A stretch of 22,882 nt of DNA from Candidatus Krumholzibacteriia bacterium (GTDB taxonomy: Bacteria > Krumholzibacteriota > Krumholzibacteriia > WVZY01). The notes below the pieces were generated by a model. It did not search any database. It was not told the origin of the DNA and saw only the letters and a list, made by a program, of their open reading frames with translations. The stretch covers positions 1 to 22,882 of the forward strand of contig JAZGDW010000019.1 of NCBI GenBank assembly GCA_036478295.1, read 5' to 3'. The number at the start of each line of letters is the position of its first letter. Position 1 is the first letter of the stretch. Positions 16,000 to 22,882 of the stretch are shown here, in pieces. The translations under genes were made by a program, and so were the position numbers.

Positions 16000-18039
16000 T
16001 CAGATCGAACGACCGCCGGCCGGTTTCTTCTTCGTTTCGATCGGCAGCCGGATCGTGAAACGTGTTCCTTTCTCCAGAAACTCGCAACCTATTTCACCAT
16101 TGTGTTCCTCGATAATCTGCTGGCTGATGGCCAGCCCAAGTCCCGTGCCGTGGGTCTTGGTCGTCACGAAGGGCTCGAACAGGTGCGCCCGTATTTCCTC
16201 CGGAACGCCGCACCCGTTGTCGATGATGTCTATGCGAGCGAAGCCCGTGGCCGGCGGTTGCGTAGCGCCCTCGTTACGAAGGACAATCTTGACTTCGTCA
16301 CCCTGGCCACACGCGTGGATCGAGTTGAGTACCACGTTGAGCAACACCTGTGTCAGCTGGTTTGCATCGCCGCGGCACAGACCGTGTTTCAAATCGTCCT
16401 TCACCTCGAGATGAATTCCCTTCTTGCGGGCCTCGTCGCACAAGAGTCCGGTCACGCGATGGGACAGTTCTGCGATCGCACACGAGTCGAACTGTGGCCT
16501 GGCCGGTTTGGCGAAGCTTAGCAGGTTGCGGATTATCTCATCCAGCCTGCCGATCTCTTCCAGGATCACACGAATGTATTTGACCTTGTCTTCTTGCCCC
16601 TTGAGTTTGCCGCCCAGCACCTGGACGCTCGTCGCGATACCGGTCAGTGGATTACGGATCTCGTGCGCGACCCCCGCCGAGAGCTGGCCCAAGACACGCA
16701 GGCGGTCGTGCCGGCGGATCTGGTCCTCCAGGCGCTTGCGCTCCGTCAAGTCCTCGAAGATTGCCACCAGAACCGAGCCGTTAAGATTATCATCGTGCAT
16801 CTTCGTGATGTTCATGCGCGCTGAGTACTCCGTGTCACCGGCACCCTTGTAAAGAATCTCCATGACCGTCGTGTCGTCTTCGGATTCAACGATCTTGCTG
16901 TAGAAGTCACCCGGAAAACGTTCGCTGCGAAAAAGCGTATTGAAATGCACCGGCTGTTTCGAGCCGAGAGCCTGGCACATACCCTGCGCCTGCCGGTTAA
17001 AAAAGCGCACCTGGCCGTCGAGGTCGGTGGTAATGACGCCGCTGTGGATGTTGTCGAGCACTTTCTGATTGAAGCGTCCCAGCTGCCGCAGTTCACTGAT
17101 ATAGGAAGCATTTGCCACTTCGCCGGCCAGGATGGTCTGGATCGTGTTGAGAAAATGATAATCCATCTTGAAGGCCAAGCTGGATGCGTATTCCTTTTCG
17201 ACAAACAAAAAACCGAGCAGGCGGTTGCGGTGCCGGAGCGGTATGACCGTGAAACGCCACTCCTTGGTTCTCTCGAGACAGGTGTCGAAGGCGCGTTCCC
17301 GGTAACTCTCAATCGTGTGGATCTCCGAACTGCGCGGGTTGTGCCGCCAGTTCTCCAGCAATACCTGACACGATTGCGACAGGATTGCCGGCTCCACTTG
17401 AAAACTCGCTCGTACCGCGAGGCGCGTTTCCTTCTCGCTGAATAGCAGCAGCGCGGTGCCGCCCGCCCGCGTATAATTCACCAGTGCCATCAGAAAACGG
17501 TCGAGCGCATCGCTCCAGTTCTCGTTTTCGGCGATGTCCCTGCCCATCTGGTAGAGGATGGTCAGCTGGGAAACGTGGTCCCGCAGCGTCTTGTTGAGAA
17601 TCTGCAGCTCGCGGTTTGCGCGAACCATCCCGCGTGCTGCCTCTTGCTCTCTCTCGTCCACGGCCGCGCGCAGGGTTTCGACTAGCCGCGAGCCATCCAC
17701 GGGTTTGGACAAGAAATCGTCCGCGCCGGCGCGCATCAACCGGATCAGGAACTCCGGGGCAGGGTCGGTGCCGCTGACCATGAGGATGAGATCGGGGTGC
17801 CGGCGGCGCACCCCGGCGACGAAATCGGCCGGCTCGCCGGGCAGCGCGTCTGCGTCTACCAGGACTAGCCGGTAGGCGCCGCGCTGCAGCGCGGTCGCGG
17901 CCTCGGCGGCGTTCCGCATCGCGTCGATCGCCAGGCCAACAGACTTGCCTGCCCGGCTCAACGCGGCCTCGTCGTCATCGAGGCCTACGATCAACACCTG
18001 CGGCACTGTGTCCATCGGGCGCTCCGGTAATCGGGTCAT
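16000..18039 (-). CDS. Cytoplasmic hybrid sensor histidine kinase (REC-GAF-PAS-HisKA-HATPase)
   Basis: N-terminal REC (LVLVD, GADDFLSKP), GAF-like VIPLRHRNRLLGFLFV, PAS (NIHSGVITTDLDGQVRFFN), H-box AHEIRNPL, N-box QVLLNVVLNS, DNGCG and GTGLGL. No TM segment seen. Start could be 18039 or 18015. Confidence 0.93.
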   Translation of the reverse strand: MTRLPERPMDTVPQVLIVGLDDDEAALSRAGKSVGLAIDAMRNAAEAATALQRGAYRLVLVDADALPGEPADFVAGVRRRHPDLILMVSGTDPAPEFLIRLMRAGADDFLSKPVDGSRLVETLRAAVDEREQEAARGMVRANRELQILNKTLRDHVSQLTILYQMGRDIAENENWSDALDRFLMALVNYTRAGGTALLLFSEKETRLAVRASFQVEPAILSQSCQVLLENWRHNPRSSEIHTIESYRERAFDTCLERTKEWRFTVIPLRHRNRLLGFLFVEKEYASSLAFKMDYHFLNTIQTILAGEVANASYISELRQLGRFNQKVLDNIHSGVITTDLDGQVRFFNRQAQGMCQALGSKQPVHFNTLFRSERFPGDFYSKIVESEDDTTVMEILYKGAGDTEYSARMNITKMHDDNLNGSVLVAIFEDLTERKRLEDQIRRHDRLRVLGQLSAGVAHEIRNPLTGIATSVQVLGGKLKGQEDKVKYIRVILEEIGRLDEIIRNLLSFAKPARPQFDSCAIAELSHRVTGLLCDEARKKGIHLEVKDDLKHGLCRGDANQLTQVLLNVVLNSIHACGQGDEVKIVLRNEGATQPPATGFARIDIIDNGCGVPEEIRAHLFEPFVTTKTHGTGLGLAISQQIIEEHNGEIGCEFLEKGTRFTIRLPIETKKKPAGGRSI

Positions 18040-18132
18040 CGCATCAGCCCCAAGGCATTTGTGGACATACATTTGGACGGTTCGATCGTGACGTTGGACA
18101 GTTTCTTACCACAGCTGGGTAAATGCATCAAC

Positions 18133-18184
18133 AAAAAAATCCCCAGGCTGACCTTGCGCCCTGCCCACGACCTGAGGGGTTTTT
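18133..18184 (-). terminator. Rho-independent terminator downstream of the PilZ gene (possibly bidirectional)
   Basis: Minus strand CCC(T)CAGG...CCTGGGG followed by ATTTTTTT. There is also a T-tract on the plus side; the loop is long. Confidence 0.55.
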
Positions 18185-18226
18185 CTTGGCGGATTGTGCC
18201 TGGTGAGCCCGGTTTCCCGGGCGTGG

Positions 18227-18595
18227 CTAGAAGGCGAGTTGGTGCAGGATGTAGGACTCGAGAAAGCCCTTGTCCTTTTCGGAAATCGATGTGAAAAAGC
18301 AGGCAATCTCGTAGTCGTCTTGATTGTCGGAAGGTGTTTCCGGGTCCACGCGCACGACCACGCCCTCACAGAAAACCTCGTGGCCTTCCCCGGAGGTACC
18401 ATCGGTGTTTTCGGGCAGTATGAGCGTGATGCCGAGCTTGGTGAGCGGCGCGATGTGCTGCGGAGATGAGAAGTACACGCCGTTGGCACTGACGTTGATG
18501 CTCTCGACACGCTCGTAGTCGCGGCCGCTCAGCTTGACCTCCATCGCAAGCCTTGCGGGCGCGCGAATCTCTCGTCTGCGCTCACTCTTTGTCAT
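18227..18595 (-). CDS. Single-domain PilZ c-di-GMP receptor
   Basis: RxxxR (RREIR) and (D/N)xSxxG (NVSANG) motifs, GVVVRV, and GGAG RBS. Confidence 0.88.
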   Translation of the reverse strand: MTKSERRREIRAPARLAMEVKLSGRDYERVESINVSANGVYFSSPQHIAPLTKLGITLILPENTDGTSGEGHEVFCEGVVVRVDPETPSDNQDDYEIACFFTSISEKDKGFLESYILHQLAF

Positions 18596-18723
18596 GTGAG
18601 AATCGGACTCCAGGTTGGCTGCGATACCGCAAGCGCTTGTGGCACAAACTCCGCCGTGATTACAACGGAGCCCTTCGGTCTTTCGACTGCAGGAGAGTCA
18701 CTGCCACCCACCCGGCTGTGGTC

Positions 18724-18816
18724 CTATTTCTTCTTCTTGTGTCGGTTCTTGCGAAGCCGCTTCTTACGCTTGTGCGTCGCGATCTTCTTTCTCTTCCGTT
18801 TTCTCCCGCAGGGCAT
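18724..18816 (-). CDS. 30-aa basic peptide, AURKAIP1/COX24 (bS22/mS38-like small ribosomal protein)
   Basis: MPCGRKRKRKKIATHKRKKRLRKNRHKKKK, with AAAGG RBS. Matches the HKRKKRxRxNRHKKK pattern of this family. Confidence 0.85.
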   Translation of the reverse strand: MPCGRKRKRKKIATHKRKKRLRKNRHKKKK

Positions 18817-18836
18817 TCTCGAAAGACCTTTCTTGC

Positions 18837-19139
18837 TTAGACTTCGCCGCGGTCGTGACCGCCGCTGTGATTGACTCTGGTTTTTAACTCGTTCGAGGCC
18901 TTGAAGTACGGCACCAGCTTCGCGGGTACGTAGACCCCCGCCCCCGTCCGAGGATTCCTCGCCTTCCTCGCCCGCCGCTCCTTGACCTTGAAGCTGCCGA
19001 ATCCCCGAAGTTCCACCTTGTCTCCCTCCGCAAGGGCACGGCAAATGTTTCCAATGATTTCGTTTACGACGATGCTGGTGTCCTTCTTGTTCAGACCCGT
19101 TTGTTTCGAAATCTCTTCTACCAAATCAGCTTTCGTCAT
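18837..19139 (-). CDS. HU/IHF-beta family DNA-binding protein
   Basis: MTKADLVEEIS, VELRGFGSF, ARNPRTG, PYFKAS. Located directly downstream of sppA. Confidence 0.95.
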   Translation of the reverse strand: MTKADLVEEISKQTGLNKKDTSIVVNEIIGNICRALAEGDKVELRGFGSFKVKERRARKARNPRTGAGVYVPAKLVPYFKASNELKTRVNHSGGHDRGEV

Positions 19140-19270
19140 TATGCGTCACCTCATTCTGGTTATAACGCTACTGCACCGTTTCAACAACCCCACGCCCTGT
19201 CAAAAGGCCATTTATCCGCCGGGATGTCCAAGCATGGGGCAGCAATCAGAACGGAATGAGCAGCCGCTAC

Positions 19271-19299
19271 AAATTACCATACAAGCGAAGTGGTGTCAA
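19271..19299 (-). promoter_or_regulatory. Sigma-70 promoter for the HU/IHF-bS22(-pilZ) unit
   Basis: TTGACA-N17-TAATTT with TGn extension and AT-rich upstream sequence. Confidence 0.7.
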
Positions 19300-19307
19300 A
19301 TAATAAT

Positions 19308-20183
19308 TTACGGCATTATGTACTGCAGGCGCACCCGATCCCCGACGAGCACGGGCAGGCTCGTGGCCACCCGTCCGAGCAGGATCTCGGCCAGCGTCCG
19401 CCTTCTCCGTTTCTTGATGACCTTCGGGGGCCCCTCAATCCCCGCCATATCCGCCGCCAGGTCGAGGGCCTCCTCGTAGGTGCCGATCAGGTCGACGAGG
19501 CCCAGCTCCTGGGCCTCCTCACCAGAATACAGGCGCCCCTCCGCCAGGTCCTCCACCTGCGCCAGCGGCATTCCACGACCGGCGCTTACCGCCTCGAGGA
19601 ACTGCACGTAGACGTTGTCGAGCAGCGCGCCCATGTAGAGCTTCTCGTCTTGCGTCATCTTCCGGTGCGGCGATCCCACGTCCTTTAGCTTGCCCGCCTT
19701 GATAACGGTCACACCGAGACCGACCTTGCGGAACAGTTCCTCGGTGCGAATGAAAGACGCGATGACGCCGATGCTGCCGGTCAGCGTTCCCTCGTATGCG
19801 ACGATGGAATCGGCTGCACACGCGATGTAGTAGCCTCCCGACGCGGCGACCGGGCCGAGCACCGCAACCACCGGTTTCTTGTCCCGCGCGCTCATGACCG
19901 CGTGGTAGATCGCCTGCGAAGCGGCAACCCCACCGCCGGGACTGTTGATGTGGAGCAGTATCGCCCTGACACGATCGTTGTCCCGGTGCGATTCAATCTC
20001 TTGCACCTTCGACAGGTCGTACAAAATCTCACCGTGGATGTCCACAACCGCTACGGCGTCACCGAAACCCGCATCATCATCAGCGAGGAAAACCAGGCCG
20101 ACGTAAAGCGCGAGGCAAACAACGCTCAGAAGCACCGCACCGGCGAAGAGGATAATAAACACGACATTCTTGTTTCTTGCCAT
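19308..20183 (-). CDS. sppA: Signal peptide peptidase SppA (36K type, peptidase S49)
   Basis: N-terminal TM helix, INSPGGGV, AASGGYYIA (catalytic Ser), TGSIGV, KAGKLKD, EGRLYSG. ATG at 20183 gives 291 aa. Confidence 0.95.
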   Translation of the reverse strand: MARNKNVVFIILFAGAVLLSVVCLALYVGLVFLADDDAGFGDAVAVVDIHGEILYDLSKVQEIESHRDNDRVRAILLHINSPGGGVAASQAIYHAVMSARDKKPVVAVLGPVAASGGYYIACAADSIVAYEGTLTGSIGVIASFIRTEELFRKVGLGVTVIKAGKLKDVGSPHRKMTQDEKLYMGALLDNVYVQFLEAVSAGRGMPLAQVEDLAEGRLYSGEEAQELGLVDLIGTYEEALDLAADMAGIEGPPKVIKKRRRRTLAEILLGRVATSLPVLVGDRVRLQYIMP

Positions 20184-20251
20184 AGAAGTTGTGGAAGTTG
20201 GCGCTATCGTTGGGGGCATTTGACTCCGGTGCGACCTCAGCGATGAGCAGA

Positions 20252-20280
20252 AATATATCAGGGGCTCCGGGGCCTGTCAA
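20252..20280 (-). promoter_or_regulatory. Sigma-70 promoter for sppA
   Basis: TTGACA-N17-TATATT with TGn extension. Confidence 0.8.
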
Positions 20281-20585
20281 CGTGCGTACCCCACAGGATC
20301 GACATAACTGTGTCAGGGGCCACAGGGTCCCCTACCGGCACCAGAGGGGGCAGGGGTGCCCGGCGGGGGCACAAAAATGCCCCGCCTGACCGTGTGCATG
20401 GACTCGTCGAACAGCATTAACCATGAGGAATGGATCTACGCCATAGCAAGTCACGGGAAAGGCAGGGCGCTTCTTCTACCCTGCCTTCATCAAGTAACAT
20501 GCCAGTGCGGTGCGGCGCCTTGCTCCCCGTCGTGGCGCGACGGTGCCCGTTGTTCCCCACACTTGCCGCAGAAGGCCGAAACGTT

Positions 20586-20749
20586 CTAGTGTCCTGTCCC
20601 AGAAGTTCCTTGTCTTTCTCGCGCGGGTGGCGCCGATGGGGCCCCCGCCACGCGCGCAGCGATAGCGAGCACGGGCGGGGTAATCGGCGACAGGACCCGC
20701 GCGGCTTCGGCGACAGCATCGTTAAAGGACTTCTGGGACAGGACACTAG
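20586..20749. mobile_element. MITE (non-autonomous miniature inverted-repeat element), about 160 bp
   Basis: TCTAGTGTCCTGTCCCAGAAGT (20585-20606) and ACTTCTGGGACAGGACACTAGA (20729-20750) are perfect 22-bp inverted repeats. CTAG is present at both ends (20586-20589, 20746-20749) and there is no transposase inside. Confidence 0.75.
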
Positions 20750-22185
20750 ATGTTCCGGAGAGTCTTTTCCGATAGCTCGAAGATCTTCTCGAAATAGTGC
20801 CGGTAGACGTCGTCGAATTTTACCTCACGACGCTCCATCACGACCTGTGCCGTCAGGACGGCCTTTTCTAGTTCATACTCCACCAGGTCTCCCCTACTGC
20901 CCCACGAGTAGCTCGGCACGAACTTCTCCACCATATCGACACCGAAGATATTGCAGTTGAACCCGACCACGGTGCCGGAGTTGAAATGGGTTCCAATCCC
21001 TGTCTTGCTGTGGTCGCCCATGATCAAACCGAGAAACTGTCTCCCCGTTTCGCGCATCGTCCCCGCACACCACATGCGCACCGCACTGTAGTTGTTCTTG
21101 AGGTCACTGGTATTGGACCCCGCTCCGATGTTCACCCATTCACCGATATACGAATGGCCGATAAAACCGTCGTGTTGCTTGTTTGTGTAGGCGCCGAAAA
21201 TGCTGTGATCCACTTCGCCCCCGATCTTGCACACGTCGCCCACGGAAGTGCCTTCGAGGATCTTGGCCCCCGTCTTTATCGTGCTGTTCCGGCCCACGTA
21301 CACCGGCCCGAGCAGCGACGCGTTGGGCATCACCGTACTGCCGTCGTTGACGATGACCGGGCCCGCGGATGCGTCTATCACCACGCCCGGTCGGATCACC
21401 GCTCCTTCCCCGATAACGATGTTCTCTTCGCCCACCATCTGCACGCCGGGGTAGACAATGGATTCTTCGGACTGCCCCCGGAACGGGGACTTCTGAAAAT
21501 CGTCTTCGATGACCGCGGCATTCTCCTCGATGATCTGCCAGGGGAAAGAAAGCAGCCTCGGCTCCGGCATGTCAACGCGCGTCAGGTTATGCTTGTCGAT
21601 CATCTCCAGCAACTTCTGCGGCAGCTTCTCGGCAAGGCTGTCCTGCCCGAGCGCGTGATCGTCCTCGTACGTTCCCTGGTCGGCTTCCTGCGGGACGATG
21701 TTTTTCTTGCGGGCCTTCGCGCTGGCCGACTTCTTCTCTGGCGCCACGTAGTGCCTCAGCTCTTCGCAGAGCTGCTTGATGGTTTCTTCCGAAATGCGAC
21801 GGCGAATGTAGCCGGCGAAATCCTCCGACGCCCGGTCGGCCAGCTTCGCGGCGATGACATAGCCGCCCTTGACCGCGATTCCGTTCTCGGGGATTTTGGC
21901 GAGGAGCTCCGTGAGCTCGTCGGAATAGCAGAGCAGCCGGCCGTTGATGAACAGGCACTCGCCCCCCGGCACTTCGTTGACCAACAGATCGGTGTTCCTC
22001 AGACCAACCAGCGGCGCCAGGTAGTCACGGCACAGAACTCCGCACTTCTCCGCCCCGGCCTCGACCTGAAGGCGCTCACGAAAATTGCGCCCGCCGATAC
22101 GTAGTTCGAACACCGGCTGGCTCAGCGAAAGGGGAAAGAAGTTCGAGAATTTCTTGTCTTCGAATATGACGGTGAACCGGGTCAC
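20746..22185 (-). CDS. GlmU-like putative sugar nucleotidyltransferase with hexapeptide (left-handed beta-helix) domain, alternative Bacteroidetes-type family
   Basis: FED...NFFPLSLSQPVFELRIG, FINGR, PWQII, GPVYVG, KIGGEV, NKQHDGFIGHSYIGEWVNIGAGSNTSDLKNNY, GDHSKTGI. Confidence 0.88.
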   Translation of the reverse strand: MTRFTVIFEDKKFSNFFPLSLSQPVFELRIGGRNFRERLQVEAGAEKCGVLCRDYLAPLVGLRNTDLLVNEVPGGECLFINGRLLCYSDELTELLAKIPENGIAVKGGYVIAAKLADRASEDFAGYIRRRISEETIKQLCEELRHYVAPEKKSASAKARKKNIVPQEADQGTYEDDHALGQDSLAEKLPQKLLEMIDKHNLTRVDMPEPRLLSFPWQIIEENAAVIEDDFQKSPFRGQSEESIVYPGVQMVGEENIVIGEGAVIRPGVVIDASAGPVIVNDGSTVMPNASLLGPVYVGRNSTIKTGAKILEGTSVGDVCKIGGEVDHSIFGAYTNKQHDGFIGHSYIGEWVNIGAGSNTSDLKNNYSAVRMWCAGTMRETGRQFLGLIMGDHSKTGIGTHFNSGTVVGFNCNIFGVDMVEKFVPSYSWGSRGDLVEYELEKAVLTAQVVMERREVKFDDVYRHYFEKIFELSEKTLRNI

Positions 22186-22246
22186 TTTGCGACGTCCCTA
22201 CACCGATAAACACGCTTGGGCTGCCGAACCAGCCTTCAAATAATTT

Positions 22247-22269
22247 AAGTCCCCTTCAGCCGGGGACTT
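22247..22269 (-). terminator. Hairpin terminator downstream of tRNA-Ala
   Basis: AAGTCCCC-N7-GGGGACTT followed on the minus strand by AT-rich AAATTATTT. Confidence 0.6.
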
Positions 22270-22294
22270 CATGCGAGGTGCCGAGACTGGGGAA

Positions 22295-22370
22295 TGGTGG
22301 AGTTGACGGGGATCGAACCCGTGACCTCTTGTCTGCCAGACAAGTGCTCTCCCAGCTGAGCTACAACCCC
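22295..22370 (-). tRNA. tRNA-Ala(GGC)
   Basis: 76-nt cloverleaf GGGGTTGTAGCTCAG...CTTGT-CTGGCAG-ACAAG...GGTTCGATCCC...CAACTCCACCA, with G3:U70 Ala identity pair and encoded CCA. Confidence 0.97.
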
Positions 22371-22380
22371 ACGCGAAAAG

Positions 22381-22408
22381 ACCTTAGCAAAACACTTCTT
22401 GAAGTCAA
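22381..22408 (-). promoter_or_regulatory. Sigma-70 promoter for tRNA-Ala
   Basis: TTGACT-N16-TAAGGT with TGn extension. Confidence 0.6.
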
Positions 22409-22440
22409 GCGCAAAACAACCGCTAAAGCGCTCAAGGGCA

Positions 22441-22470
22441 TTGACACGTAGCGGGTTAAGCAACTACCAT
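22441..22470 (+). promoter_or_regulatory. Sigma-70 promoter for tRNA-Leu
   Basis: TTGACA-N18-TACCAT, 29 nt upstream of the tRNA. Confidence 0.6.
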
Positions 22471-22499
22471 CCGACGACCAGGCAAGATTATCTGTCCAC

Positions 22500-22587
22500 G
22501 CCGGAGTGGTGAAACTGGTAGACGCAGGGGACTCAAAATCCCCCGGAGCCTGGCTCCGTGTCGGTTCGAGTCCGACCTCCGGCACCA
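22500..22587 (+). tRNA. tRNA-Leu(CAA)
   Basis: 88-nt class II tRNA: GCCGGAG acceptor, GGGGA-CTCAAAA-TCCCC anticodon arm, long variable arm GGAGC-CTG-GCTCC, GGTTCGAGTCC and encoded CCA. Confidence 0.97.
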
Positions 22588-22605
22588 GCCTTTCCCTTCA
22601 AACAA

Positions 22606-22882
22606 TTAGTGTGTGGCGCCCTCGTGTGTCCAGAAGAGGTACTCGTGCCACGCCGTCGGCGGCGGCTGCGCGGCGAAGCGCGCACGGAACCCCAACAGCC
22701 AGCTCGGGCGCGTCGGCTTCTTGAGAAGCTTCAGGCCCGCTTCGTCGGGAGTTCGCCCCCCCTTCCTCCGGTTGCAGGGTTTGCAGCAGGTTACAATGTT
22801 CGACCACACCGTACCGCCGCCGCGGGAGCGTGGGATAACGTGGTCACATGTGAGAGCTTTCGGATTGAGCCGGTCACCGCAG
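22606..22882 (-). CDS. HNH endonuclease (McrA-like), C-terminal part; the start lies beyond the window
   Basis: Hand-extended frame: [49 protein letters not shown] (DH..P...GG...N..CxxCN..K). Confidence 0.9.
   Translation of the reverse strand, partial: CGDRLNPKALTCDHVIPRSRGGGTVWSNIVTCCKPCNRRKGGRTPDEAGLKLLKKPTRPSWLLGFRARFAAQPPPTAWHEYLFWTHEGATH

Noticed and set aside
14812..16521. 569-aa plus-strand ORF, and similar long antisense ORFs (3911-4852, 5961-7058, 9726-10946, 11620-12759, 12993-13940, 20986-22104)
   Set aside because: These are shadow frames opposite well-supported genes. Long stop-free antisense frames are expected at high GC, and the translations have no recognisable motifs.
18640..18655. 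Plus-strand TGGCACAAACTCCGC with GG-N10-GC spacing
   Set aside because: The -12 half-site is CCGC rather than TTGC, and it points antisense to the bS22/HU genes with no target gene; likely chance.
18660..18720. GTC-GAAA-GAC hairpin upstream of pilZ (minus strand), considered as a c-di-GMP-I riboswitch or SRP RNA
   Set aside because: It lacks the GGCAAA..GACGCAAA and P3 features of c-di-GMP-I and the SRP helix-8 internal loop. An Rfam scan would settle it.
20356..20589. 77-aa Cys-rich plus-strand ORF ending at the MITE's left CTAG
   Set aside because: No clear RBS or motif, and it overlaps the hairpin tract; insufficient evidence of coding.
1..22882. CRISPR array, prophage, integrase, reverse transcriptase or defence system
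   Set aside because: I saw no regularly spaced repeats and no such genes, apart from the partial HNH at the right edge.

Overview
GC-rich bacterial chromosomal window, almost all on the minus strand. The PorV/PorQ-like barrel, the alternative GlmU-like protein and the bS22/COX24-type peptide suggest an FCB-superphylum organism (inference). From left to right: a partial secreted TPR protein missed by the ORF track; guaA-purH-purC-purN; comEC; a GAF-GGDEF diguanylate cyclase divergent from an MltD-like LysM lytic transglycosylase; a PorV/PorQ-family protein; a sigma-54 signalling block; bS22-like peptide, HU/IHF and sppA; a ~160 bp MITE; a GlmU-like protein; divergent tRNA-Ala(GGC) and tRNA-Leu(CAA); and a partial HNH nuclease. 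The signalling block holds a pseudo-receiver bEBP, a stand-alone Fis-type HTH microprotein, an NtrC/AtoC-type response regulator, a hybrid histidine kinase and a PilZ protein. The most notable signals are two near-consensus sigma-54 (-24/-12) promoters, one before the HTH microprotein and one before mltD. They sit in a cluster that also encodes two bEBPs, HU/IHF and a c-di-GMP synthase/receptor pair, making this a candidate envelope or developmental regulatory circuit. A MITE with perfect inverted repeats is inserted at the stop codon of the GlmU-like gene. All calls come from reading motifs by eye; no database searches were run.
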